This document shows positions 1 through 9,307 of a stretch of 64,000 nucleotides of DNA, piece after piece. Within the stretch, counting starts at the first letter, position 1, and every line of letters starts with the position of its first letter. The position numbers and the translations under genes are program-made. The notes beneath the pieces are model-generated. The model did not search any database, was not told the DNA's origin, and saw only the letters and a list, made by a program, of their open reading frames with translations. Source of the stretch: Candidatus Thorarchaeota archaeon (GTDB taxonomy: Archaea > Asgardarchaeota > Thorarchaeia > Thorarchaeales > Thorarchaeaceae); assembly GCA_019057475.1 (NCBI GenBank), contig DXJO01000010.1, positions 192,001 through 256,000 on the forward strand, in the 5' to 3' direction.

Positions 1-6
1 ATTGCT

Positions 7-1974
7 TTGCTCGGCATAGACCTGAGGAGGAGCAGTGGACAACGCATCGAGATTGACGATTCAACACTCGCAAAGTCACTTGACTTCGCCCTAAGCGTCT
101 TGAACGCAGTCGAAACAGAAGTTCTGGAACACGACGAGCATGCAGCCTCTGATGTAGCCGAGATTGAACGGCATATGAGCATTAGAGACGTTGCGGAGTC
201 GCTCAGACCACTGGGCCTTGACATGAGTCTCCTAGGAACCACAGAGTACACATTCAGAACAGCCGGAATAATTCCGTCGGGAAGATTATCTTTGCTCAAG
301 TGGAGTCTGAGAGAGATCACCGAGAACGCTTTCGCATTCAGGTCACGTCCCCTTGAGAGGGGCGTTTCAGTTATCAGCGTTAGTGTGGCACTCGAGAACA
401 AAGGAACCGTTCAAAGGATACTCTCCGCCATGGGTTTCGAAGAGGTGGATGTCTTCGAGGATGTGTCGGGACGCCCTGAGGAGATAGCTGCCCACGCCAT
501 TCGTAGGATTGTTGAGCTTGAAGCGGAGCTCAAGAGGTTCCGCAAACGCAAGGCGTTCATAGCGAAAGAATGGCGAATGAAGATCTCAGCAGCTTGGGAA
601 GTCCTCGACGTAGAGAAGAGCAGAATCGGCGTCAAGAACTACCTTGTCTACACCCCACAGTCCGTGAAGGTTTGGGGCTGGATTCCTGCAGGCTCTGAAC
701 AACGCCTCACTACCCTTCTTCGTGAGAGGACAGATGAAACCGTACAGATATCCTTCGAGCAACCTGACTTCGCAGAACTGGAGTCACCAACATGCCTTAT
801 CAACCCCCAAGTAATGAAACCTGCAGAAGAGATGGTCAAGGCCTACGGCACCCCATCCAGGCATGACCTGGACCCAACAAAAATTCTGTTCTTCTCCTTT
901 CCTCTAATATTCGGGCTCATCTTTGCGGATGTAGGCCAGGGCTTCTTGATTCTGTTGATAGGGCTGGCGGCTTGGAGAGCCAAACAGAAAGGCAAGGAAT
1001 GGGGGGATATGCTGGGGTACCTACAGACAGGCGCAACAGGCCTGATTATGATGGGTTTCTGCTCGATGCTTGGTGGATTCCTCTTCGGGAGTTTCTTTGG
1101 TTCACATACTGTAATCGAGCCACTTTGGCCTATCTTCGCCCACACTCTTGAGAATGGAGACCCCAATCCATGGCGGCAAGCTCACATGCTCAAGCTCTCC
1201 ATTGAGATTGGCGCTGTTCAAATTTCCTTGGGAATCGTGTTGAATCTATACAACAGATTGCATCGCCGCGATTTCCGCCGGGCTATTGTGCCATTCTCCT
1301 TTCTGTGGCTCTATCTCGGATTCATCAACCTGCTTCTCTCTGTCAGTTACAATAATATCAATCAGTGGTTTAGTTCAACTGGCCATGTGAATCTCTGGAT
1401 ACCATTTGCCGGAATTGGCTTTGGCTCAGGAAACAACGGAATATATCCTCCACTACCTATCACTCCCATGATGTTCACCATAGCCGCTCTCTTCCTTCCT
1501 CTAGTCATAATGGGCGCGACCTCCTTGTTGTCGGGGGTTAAGGGTATGGTAGAGTTCATGGAGTACTCCCTCGGGATGGTTAGCCACACTGTGAGTTACG
1601 CCCGGATTTTCGCTTTGAACACCGTTCACGTTATCCTCAGCGGTGTCTTCTTCGATTTACTTCCTGGAATAATCGATATCCCGTTCTCAGCACTCACCAT
1701 ATTCGGAATTGTGATAATCCCAGATTTCTTTATGCACGACGGACATGCTGTTGCGCCCCATCTACCTCTGCTGGGTGCGATTGTTGGAACCATGATTGTT
1801 GGCATGCTCGAGGGTCTATTAGCTTTCATGCATACGCTACGGCTTCACTATGTCGAATGGTTCAGCAAGTTCTACCATGGCGATGGTATACCCTTCAAGC
1901 CATTTGTGACCAAACGAATTCACACCGTGTCCATAATGTCAGGGTCTGCTCGGTCTAATTATCCTATACCCTAG
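7..1974 (+). CDS. atpI: V/A-type ATP synthase subunit I (a), probably 5'-truncated by the window edge
   Basis: Soluble coiled N-terminal half, then YGTP..DLDPT..FP.IFGLIFADVGQG, multiple TM helices, SHTVSYARIFAL with the essential Arg, and HTLRLHYVEWFSKFY. The reading frame is open to position 1. Confidence 0.93.
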   Translation: MLGIDLRRSSGQRIEIDDSTLAKSLDFALSVLNAVETEVLEHDEHAASDVAEIERHMSIRDVAESLRPLGLDMSLLGTTEYTFRTAGIIPSGRLSLLKWSLREITENAFAFRSRPLERGVSVISVSVALENKGTVQRILSAMGFEEVDVFEDVSGRPEEIAAHAIRRIVELEAELKRFRKRKAFIAKEWRMKISAAWEVLDVEKSRIGVKNYLVYTPQSVKVWGWIPAGSEQRLTTLLRERTDETVQISFEQPDFAELESPTCLINPQVMKPAEEMVKAYGTPSRHDLDPTKILFFSFPLIFGLIFADVGQGFLILLIGLAAWRAKQKGKEWGDMLGYLQTGATGLIMMGFCSMLGGFLFGSFFGSHTVIEPLWPIFAHTLENGDPNPWRQAHMLKLSIEIGAVQISLGIVLNLYNRLHRRDFRRAIVPFSFLWLYLGFINLLLSVSYNNINQWFSSTGHVNLWIPFAGIGFGSGNNGIYPPLPITPMMFTIAALFLPLVIMGATSLLSGVKGMVEFMEYSLGMVSHTVSYARIFALNTVHVILSGVFFDLLPGIIDIPFSALTIFGIVIIPDFFMHDGHAVAPHLPLLGAIVGTMIVGMLEGLLAFMHTLRLHYVEWFSKFYHGDGIPFKPFVTKRIHTVSIMSGSARSNYPIP

Positions 1975-1994
1975 CGATACGCGTGTGACCACCA

Positions 1995-4316
1995 CTACTC
2001 TCCTGCGCCGCCTAAGTACAAAATAGCGAGCTCAGCATCTTGTTTGAACATCGGGTCCTGATCCCGGCTGAGCCTTTGCTTGTTGTCCCATACACCCCTC
2101 GCCAGAAGATCAGTGGTCTTTGCCTTTGTTTCGACATTCTGTGCCGCTTGAGTGTCACCGGCCTGCTGGAATACTTGTGCGGCATAATTGTAATTGCCCA
2201 CTGCCTCTCTGAGCTGGTCACTTGCATTGGAGTAGTGCTTCTTTGCCTTGGTCTTCTCTCCCTTTCTATACAGGTACTCCGCCATGAAGTCGCTTTTTGC
2301 TCCTTCCATGCGCAACAGGTCTCCCCTGAACTTCATTACAACACCTTGGAGTTGCTTGACCTGGCCATCGACATTGTTCTTCTGACGAATCGATTCTATC
2401 TTCACACTGGCGAGCTCGTTTGCGGCGGACGTGAATGAAACTACTGCTTGCTTGATTTTCAGGATACTTTTGTCGTGAGCTTGAATGACCTCATCAAGGC
2501 TATCCTCGTCCTCGAACTCAGCAAGTTCATCAGCAAGTTTGACGATGGCATTATTCCTCTCAATCTGAGCCCTAAAAGCCCCCTGCTCGGATTGCTTAGC
2601 AAATACTTGGGCCTCGGATGCGAATGCAGTAGCCAAGGCTAACCTGCCAAGATCCATTAGTTCTTCAGCTGTTCCCATCTCTCCGATTACCTTGTAATAT
2701 GACGCGGCCTCCGCAGCGTGAAGATTCTCCAGGATTCGCGACATGATGAACTTAACGCCCTGCTGAAGCTGCGAGCTCAGCTGGAACTGGATGACGTATT
2801 TTACATTGTTGAGGATTGCGAGGGTCTTATTCCTCAGATTTCCCACTTCTTCATCTTCTGGTTCAACGCTCAACAGTATCCCCAGACTATCCAGTCCTTC
2901 ACGAATCGCCTCTAAGGACTCCGCTGGGTTGGTGCCCATGTGCTTCAGAGCCTCGTCCAGCGCTTTGTTCACATCCTTGATGAGCCCAGTTTTACGCAGG
3001 TCTTTGGCGAAATCGATCTGACTCTTGATGCTTCGGATGTTATCAGACTGCTTAAGGAGGTCTTTCACGAATAAGAAAGTCTTCAGGTTCTCGCTTATGG
3101 CGCCCGTCAGCTCTCTCGTCTTCGAGAGCTTTTCTGCTTTCTTCAGATCCTTGAGTATGTCCTTGAGGACTGTTATCGCCTCTTTCTTGTTGTTGACTAC
3201 TAGCAATTGTGATAGTTCCATGGATGAGGTTTCTGCCTCGCAGAAATGAGCTTGAGCCTTCTTGTGCTCCTTGTCGTTGCGAGACTGTGCTGCATTGGGC
3301 TGCAGTGAAACGACCCGTCCGAAACACTTCTCAGCCCGACCAAACGCATCTGACGCGGAAGTGTAGAGCTTGGCTGCATCTTCGAGATTTCCGGCTCTCA
3401 TCTGAGCGTTGGCGATATCATTGTAGGTCATCGCCAGGTATACCTCACTAAGGCCTGCAGTATTAGATTTCCACGCATCTAGGCTGGACATCTTCTGCTT
3501 GCTAACTGCCTTACTCTCTCTGAACAGCGGAATCGCTTCGTTGTACAGATCAGTAGCCTGCTCGAAGATGAAGGAGCTGAGGATGTCCCTCCAGATCAGC
3601 TCATCGAACGGATTGAACGCCTGTCTGAATGTGCTTTCTTGTCCAATTAAATCATTGAGGAATTCATCATAGAATTCCGCCTCCGCGCCTTTATTCTTAC
3701 CACGGAGCTCTGTAAGCTCCTTCTCTCCTGCATCTCCAGCTTCTCGTACAAGACTGTAGGCCTTGTGACCCAATGCTACTCTCCTAAGTTTCTGGGTGCC
3801 GTCCACCTTTGATGGGATTGCAGAGAACGGCTTCTCAAGCATTGTGTAGACAGCAGCCAAGTAGCGCGATGCTTCCTTTCCCTTTTGCTCGCTCTCTTGT
3901 TCAACAAACGGGCCACTTGCAGCACCAGCCTGGTGGAGCCATGCCATGACCTTTGCCATCCATACATCTGCCAAATTGCCCTGGTGCCGTAATGTACTGT
4001 CTTCGAGTGCTTCCTTGATTTGCTCCTTTGCTTCTCCTTCTGCAGCACGATATCGTTCTCTTAGGTATGTTATTTCAAAATCATCACTCATCATCTGTTC
4101 GCTGAACGTTGCTATCTCGTCATAGAGCTCAGTGAATGCATCGTGCATGAGAATTCGCTTTCTTTCGAGGGTCTCCTTATCATCGATATCAGTTAGTGCG
4201 AACTCTTTGACGCCGTCTTGCGCCAGGATATTCAGCTCGTACAACCTGCTAGTATGGACGGTCACATCATCTGTCAGGTCTTCTTCTTTTGAACGCTTGT
4301 TACTCAAAGAGAGCAC
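1995..4316 (-). CDS. Large all-alpha helical-repeat protein (TPR/alpha-SNAP-like repeats), function unknown
   Basis: 773-aa ORF rich in A/E/K/L with no TM segments. Helix-pair motifs include GNLEDAAKLYTSASDAF, GEKTKAKKHYSNAS and AVGNYNYAAQVFQQAGD. Confidence 0.6.
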   Translation of the reverse strand: MLSLSNKRSKEEDLTDDVTVHTSRLYELNILAQDGVKEFALTDIDDKETLERKRILMHDAFTELYDEIATFSEQMMSDDFEITYLRERYRAAEGEAKEQIKEALEDSTLRHQGNLADVWMAKVMAWLHQAGAASGPFVEQESEQKGKEASRYLAAVYTMLEKPFSAIPSKVDGTQKLRRVALGHKAYSLVREAGDAGEKELTELRGKNKGAEAEFYDEFLNDLIGQESTFRQAFNPFDELIWRDILSSFIFEQATDLYNEAIPLFRESKAVSKQKMSSLDAWKSNTAGLSEVYLAMTYNDIANAQMRAGNLEDAAKLYTSASDAFGRAEKCFGRVVSLQPNAAQSRNDKEHKKAQAHFCEAETSSMELSQLLVVNNKKEAITVLKDILKDLKKAEKLSKTRELTGAISENLKTFLFVKDLLKQSDNIRSIKSQIDFAKDLRKTGLIKDVNKALDEALKHMGTNPAESLEAIREGLDSLGILLSVEPEDEEVGNLRNKTLAILNNVKYVIQFQLSSQLQQGVKFIMSRILENLHAAEAASYYKVIGEMGTAEELMDLGRLALATAFASEAQVFAKQSEQGAFRAQIERNNAIVKLADELAEFEDEDSLDEVIQAHDKSILKIKQAVVSFTSAANELASVKIESIRQKNNVDGQVKQLQGVVMKFRGDLLRMEGAKSDFMAEYLYRKGEKTKAKKHYSNASDQLREAVGNYNYAAQVFQQAGDTQAAQNVETKAKTTDLLARGVWDNKQRLSRDQDPMFKQDAELAILYLGGAGE

Positions 4317-4450
4317 CTTCAGGAAGCAGCTTTCCCTTTGACCAAGATATCTGCATCTATTAAGAGTACCTAAGCAGGACTCAAGAAATATGACTCAGAA
4401 GAGAGAATCACGCATCGATTCAGCCGATTTCGAACCTGCTAGATCATATT

Positions 4451-4831
4451 CTACTCTTCAGCTGGCCTGAACCTAATGCTTCGGCCATCTCTGAACTTGG
4501 CTAATCTTCCCTCTTCGACAAGCTGGTTCAACACCTCGCTGGTCCTGGACCTAGACTTTCCCCATTGTCTGGCAAGTTCAGCAGCTGTAAATCCTGAATC
4601 TGTACGCTGAATCAGGTCAACCAACTTCTCCCAGGCTACATCTCGTGCAATGCAACTTTCCTGGTTCGCGAAAACGTTGTATTGATTCGCATCCGTGGGC
4701 ATGGTCTTTCCTGGGGGGGTCTGTTTCAGTTTCGAGGCCAGTTCGTTCATAGTTTCATGAATCATCATTACGGTCTTTCTGAGCTCCTTGATTTCTTCCC
4801 GAAGCCCTACGATCTCATAGTTTTTCGACAC
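4451..4831 (-). CDS. Winged-HTH DNA-binding protein with N-terminal coiled coil
   Basis: N-terminal heptads LREEIKELRKTV..LASKL. C-terminal FTAAELARQWGKSRSRTSEVLNQLVEEGRL..RDGR matches a wHTH pattern. Confidence 0.75.
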   Translation of the reverse strand: MSKNYEIVGLREEIKELRKTVMMIHETMNELASKLKQTPPGKTMPTDANQYNVFANQESCIARDVAWEKLVDLIQRTDSGFTAAELARQWGKSRSRTSEVLNQLVEEGRLAKFRDGRSIRFRPAEE

Positions 4832-4842
4832 TTGATTTCCCT

Positions 4843-5211
4843 CTACTTATTACGCCCTTTTCGAAACTCGAGGTAATTGCGTTTCTTCTTCTTCTCGAAG
4901 GTCTCCTTTGCTTCTTTGGATTCAAAATGAATCTCTTGAGTTGACGAGTATTCCGGACAATCCTCTGCAATCATTGAATTAGTGGCCGCATTAGCTTCCT
5001 CTTCAGCATCGGCGGAGAGCTCTTCACTATCTCCTGGGAGCGCATTCCGGTCATGCTCCTTCTGAATCACGTCAAGTGGCGAAGACCCAGTCTGGTCTAG
5101 TTCTGGCACCTCAATCTCGTCGTATTCTGTTTTCTTTGAATCTGTGACTTCTTCAGCCAAGATGTCCTTGGTCTTCTTTGCGTATGTTTTTCTCTTATGT
5201 TGGTAAACCAA
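4843..5211 (-). CDS. Hypothetical acidic, probably disordered protein with basic termini
   Basis: 122-aa ORF 11 bp upstream of the wHTH gene on the same strand, with a TATA-like CTTATAA (minus strand, about 5261-5267) upstream. Confidence 0.55.
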   Translation of the reverse strand: MVYQHKRKTYAKKTKDILAEEVTDSKKTEYDEIEVPELDQTGSSPLDVIQKEHDRNALPGDSEELSADAEEEANAATNSMIAEDCPEYSSTQEIHFESKEAKETFEKKKKRNYLEFRKGRNK

Positions 5212-5293
5212 GGTATGCCACCAGCGTCGTCAACAACAATCAACAATTAACAACGTTTTGTTATAAGATTAGTTATGCGGACCTATAGCATTC

Positions 5294-6082
5294 TCAAGTG
5301 GAATCGGCAAGGGTTCTGGCAAAGGTCATGTACCCCGTGTGTGCGATCATCCATGTGGTTGGACGTGTCTTGTTCTCGCGCACCATGATCTCTCGCTCGA
5401 GTACTTCCAGAGTTCTAATCATGCCCCATTGTCTGCTTTCGCCCATAGCCTTGCAGGTCTTCATGACCTGTTCGATTGTGGGACTATAGCTCACAAGATA
5501 ATGGCTTGGCTTTAGTGCATTGTGAGCCGTATCAACAACCAACCAGGGGGTTGCTAGATCCAAGACCACCGCGTCAACCGCCTTCTCTTCGATGCCTTCG
5601 ATGATGTCCTTCAAATGCATAGTCACGTTGTCCAACGCATTGTGCCGCTTCAAGTTCTTCTCGGCTTGGATGTAATGATTCTCTCGGGCTTCGTATGTGT
5701 AGATATGGCCTTGCGGACCCACAGCTTTGGACAATATGTATGTGAGCGCACCAGATCCAGTTCCTGCCTCAACAACTCTGCATCCTGCAGATATCCCCGC
5801 TTCAATCAAGATTGTGCCTGCATCCTTTGGATAGATAATCTGAGTGTTTCGGCCCATCGAAATCTGAATGTCCGTTTGACTGGGCTTGTGGATTTGAAAG
5901 GTTTGACCCGAATGGCTCTCCACCTTGATACCGTAGGGACGACCGATGATATCATCGTATTTGATGATGCCCTTGTTGGAATGAAATTCCTCTCCTGCCT
6001 TGACCTTCCTTATCCAGTACCTCTTGGCATCCAAAAAGATGTAGATGTAACTGCCATCTTGAATCGGGTCCTGCATGAGCAA
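5294..6082 (-). CDS. trmI: tRNA (adenine-57/58-N1)-methyltransferase
   Basis: TQIIYPKD, VEAGTGSGALT (SAM binding), DAVVLDLATPW, YSPTIEQV and HTGY motifs. Confidence 0.93.
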   Translation of the reverse strand: MLMQDPIQDGSYIYIFLDAKRYWIRKVKAGEEFHSNKGIIKYDDIIGRPYGIKVESHSGQTFQIHKPSQTDIQISMGRNTQIIYPKDAGTILIEAGISAGCRVVEAGTGSGALTYILSKAVGPQGHIYTYEARENHYIQAEKNLKRHNALDNVTMHLKDIIEGIEEKAVDAVVLDLATPWLVVDTAHNALKPSHYLVSYSPTIEQVMKTCKAMGESRQWGMIRTLEVLEREIMVRENKTRPTTWMIAHTGYMTFARTLADST

Positions 6083-6191
6083 TCAAATCACCTGCAGTCG
6101 TTTTGAGTGTTCCTGCTCTTGTCAGGTCGACTCGCGCCAGCCCACAAAGCTTTATCCGAAAACTCTTTGCTGGCCCAAGAGAGGGAGACCC

Positions 6192-8384
6192 TTGGACGAT
6201 AGTAGTAAGAAGCACGCCCCGGAGCGGACTCTGGATTCCGACACCTTGGAATCTGATCGTCCGATAGAACTTATTCCAAAGAATGTCCTTGAGTATCGAC
6301 CCCGAGTCAAAGATCCACCTGACCTGTTTGTGGATCTAAGTGTTGGCGTGGTTCTGGGCCGGTCCAACTCCTTTCACCGGAAATATCGAAATGCGGGTCT
6401 GGGAACGATTGGTGCAATCGCGGAAACCTCGGATGACATTCTTACCTCGCTGCTAGGAATGCCAGTAAATCTGGACATGGTGAGTCCGCATGTCATATTC
6501 GTTTCAGGGAAGAGGGGGTCAGGCAAGAGCTACACACTTGGAATCCTGGTTGAAGAGCTTGCCTCTGCGATGGAGCGCAAGGAAATCGAGGTCGCAACCG
6601 TTGTGATTGATACTGTCGACGTCTTCCGGCAAGCGGTTGAGCCAAATGTGGATCAAGATGCTCTCCTGAAAAAGTGGAACTTACAGTCCAGAGGATTTCC
6701 AGTGGCTGTTTTCATCCCGCTGAAAACGTACAACAGTCTTCCAGAGGAGGTCCGGATAAAAGCCCGTCTTCATCCATTGGCAATAAGCCCACGCGAGATT
6801 ACTGTGAGTGATTGGGGATATGTGCTTGAGAAGGGGGGTCAGCTCAGCACGGCAATGGAGAACCTCATCGGAGACCTCCTTGAGAGCATTCGTCGAGGGT
6901 ACGCTCTGGCGTCCGGTGAACACGTTGCATTGAAACGCAGCTTCAGCATCAGGGATATGGTGCAGTGCATAGAGTCGAATCCTTCCATCACTGAGCTCTA
7001 CAAGGCTTCAACAAGAATCGCAATGATTCAAAGGCTCAAGAGGGCCGCAAGACTAGGAGTCTTCCATCCTAGTGGAACAAGCGCTCAAGATCTTGCAGTA
7101 GCAGGCCAAACCACGATAATTGATGTAGCACCGCTTGGGTCTGATGCAGAGGTTGTCCTCGCGATTTTAACCAACATGCTCTGCAGACAGGTTTTGACAT
7201 ATAGAATGGCATGGACAGAAGAGGGGACAAGCGCACGAGAGGAGCTTCCTCCGACATGGTTAATCATCGATGAAGCTCATACACTGGTCCCAAAGGGCAG
7301 CGCGACTCCCGCGAAGGATGCTATTGTAGGCTATGCAAAGCTTGGGCGACGTTTCGGATGCAGCTTGGTCCTGTGTACACAACAACCCTCAGCAGTGGCT
7401 GACGAGGCGATATCTCAGGCTGACATCATTATCTCGCATTCACTTTCTCATGATAGTGATATTCGCGCGCTTCAGCAACGAGCTCCAGCAGTAATGCCCA
7501 ACATGTTCCGCGACAAGGTTTTCATCAGTAGTCTGCCGCGCGGCGTGGCACTGGTCTTTGACCAGAGCACAGAGAATAAGCGCGGATTCATCACTCAGAT
7601 TCGCCCTCGATTATCTCAGCACGGAGGCACAGACCGACTGTCCAGTCTCTTTGAAGCAGCCCGGCTGATGATTCCTGAGGGGATTCAAGAAGAGTCAGAT
7701 CTCCAGTGGGACTTAGAAGAAATCGCCGCCGAACCCGCAGGCGAATTGACTGAAGGGCTTTCAGAGGTTCCTCGTCCTCCACTTAAGCTAAGCAAGGAAG
7801 ACTGGAATATGCTTGATGATTGGATTCAGGAGTATATTCGGGTCCTCTTCGAGAGGGAGCGGCAGGAGTTCTCAATCACGGATGAACCCGCCCCAAGAGC
7901 CGCTGAGCCTACGATTGAACAGGAGCCTGAAGCAATACCTCACGTCATTGAACCTTCTATGGCCAGCGTGGACACTCAGGTAATCGATAGTTCAAAGGTG
8001 CGCGTTCGGCAATTCGGCCCTCTCTCGCCATCAGTGCTCTTGAAAGCAATTACAAGAAAGATACTCTACTCCAAGCAGCCACACAGGTATCTCTTCACTA
8101 AGGGTCCCTTCTATAGAGACACAATTCCGGTGCAAATTCAAGACATAACGCCGTCCGACTTGGTAGAATGGTTGGCCTCAGGCCTTGTATCAGCTGGCCT
8201 AACAATTGAGAAACTGAAGGATGATGACGAGATTACTTTCGTCATGTTCAGCAAAAATGGTGTGCGAGGTGTCTTCGCAACCGGAGTGAGTGGTTCAATA
8301 GTATGTTCGCCAGTTGTAATCGTAGGAACCAACCGTGCCGCAGTTCTTCAGATGGTTGACAAGATTCGAAGGGCGATGAGCTAG
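6192..8384 (+). CDS. HerA/FtsK-superfamily ATPase (DUF87-type) with acidic linker and extra C-terminal domain
   Basis: Walker A GKRGSGKS, Walker B WLIIDEAH, GRRFG and CTQQPS. ORF track gives 6075; the TTG at 6192 follows GAGGGA and avoids overlap with trmI. Confidence 0.85.
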   Translation: MDDSSKKHAPERTLDSDTLESDRPIELIPKNVLEYRPRVKDPPDLFVDLSVGVVLGRSNSFHRKYRNAGLGTIGAIAETSDDILTSLLGMPVNLDMVSPHVIFVSGKRGSGKSYTLGILVEELASAMERKEIEVATVVIDTVDVFRQAVEPNVDQDALLKKWNLQSRGFPVAVFIPLKTYNSLPEEVRIKARLHPLAISPREITVSDWGYVLEKGGQLSTAMENLIGDLLESIRRGYALASGEHVALKRSFSIRDMVQCIESNPSITELYKASTRIAMIQRLKRAARLGVFHPSGTSAQDLAVAGQTTIIDVAPLGSDAEVVLAILTNMLCRQVLTYRMAWTEEGTSAREELPPTWLIIDEAHTLVPKGSATPAKDAIVGYAKLGRRFGCSLVLCTQQPSAVADEAISQADIIISHSLSHDSDIRALQQRAPAVMPNMFRDKVFISSLPRGVALVFDQSTENKRGFITQIRPRLSQHGGTDRLSSLFEAARLMIPEGIQEESDLQWDLEEIAAEPAGELTEGLSEVPRPPLKLSKEDWNMLDDWIQEYIRVLFERERQEFSITDEPAPRAAEPTIEQEPEAIPHVIEPSMASVDTQVIDSSKVRVRQFGPLSPSVLLKAITRKILYSKQPHRYLFTKGPFYRDTIPVQIQDITPSDLVEWLASGLVSAGLTIEKLKDDDEITFVMFSKNGVRGVFATGVSGSIVCSPVVIVGTNRAAVLQMVDKIRRAMS

Positions 8385-8484
8385 GCGAAAAGCTCTCACA
8401 ATTGCTCTGTCGGCGATTGCACGGTTGGAACCCTTACTATTAGCTTATAAGGTACAGTCGCAGTTTGCCGGCTTGGTGCAGAGC

Positions 8485-8841
8485 ATGACCAAATCCGACC
8501 TTCGCCCCCCTGTGAATCTTAAGTTAGCATCAATGGCAGATCTAGCCCGAATGCTGGTGTCTTGGTCCCAGAGAGACCGAGCGGCAAGCATGCTATACTT
8601 CGAGGACAAAGGAAAACACATCTACGGCACGCTCATTTCGAACCGCGGTTACTATGAGATGCAAGGAATCCCGCTGTGGGTCTACACCGAAGGTGAGTCC
8701 GCTCCTGCTGGGAATTTCTTGGCATACAGTACCCGCCCAAAGGAATCTGTTGAGTTTGTCGAATCTATTGAGTCCGAACCAAGGGTGGCTTACCTTCCGA
8801 TAATCACGCTGGCTGAGAAACTGGAGATACTGGACATATAG
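8485..8841 (+). CDS. Conserved archaeal hypothetical protein
   Basis: ORF 8425-8841, likely start ATG 8485. The pattern DLAR...YYEMQGIPL..Y resembles small uncharacterised TACK/Asgard proteins (recollection only). Confidence 0.6.
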   Translation: MTKSDLRPPVNLKLASMADLARMLVSWSQRDRAASMLYFEDKGKHIYGTLISNRGYYEMQGIPLWVYTEGESAPAGNFLAYSTRPKESVEFVESIESEPRVAYLPIITLAEKLEILDI

Positions 8842-8865
8842 GCACGCTCCTCTTGATCTCTGAGC

Positions 8866-9306
8866 CTAGTCACGGTCCATCGTGGACCAGAATGTCGTGC
8901 GATTCTTCAACCATTGTCTGAAATCCTGAACTATCATCTCATGATCGAAGGCGAGCCGCTCCTCACGCAGGTCATTCACGTCATACCACTTGGTATCAGC
9001 CGCATCGTCCCCTCCCTGCAGTTGACCACCAACCATTTTCCCAACGAAGACTACTGACACAGTGTGGCCGCGAGGGTCTCTCTCTGGGTCACTGTAGACC
9101 CCCAATATCTCACTGAGGTCAATCGCCATTCCTGTTTCTTCTTGAATCTCTCTCCTGGCGGCCGCCTCCACCGTTTCGCCATACTCCACGAATCCGCCAG
9201 GCAATGCCCACTTACCTTGATGCGGAGGTTGTCCCCTTTTCACGAGCAGTATCTTGTTACCATCAACCACTACAACATCAACGGACAGTGCTGGGTTTCG
9301 ATGCAT
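8866..9306 (-). CDS. NUDIX hydrolase (ADP-ribose pyrophosphatase-like)
   Basis: Nudix box GGFVEYGETVEAAARREIQEETG plus SDPERDPRGH and AFDH. Confidence 0.92.
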   Translation of the reverse strand: MHRNPALSVDVVVVDGNKILLVKRGQPPHQGKWALPGGFVEYGETVEAAARREIQEETGMAIDLSEILGVYSDPERDPRGHTVSVVFVGKMVGGQLQGGDDAADTKWYDVNDLREERLAFDHEMIVQDFRQWLKNRTTFWSTMDRD

Positions 9307-9307
9307 C

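Noticed and set aside
6075-6191. Cys-rich N-terminal extension (CSRFECSCSC) on the HerA ATPase
   Set aside because: It lies in the divergent promoter region overlapping trmI. A TTG with an RBS at 6192 is the more plausible start.
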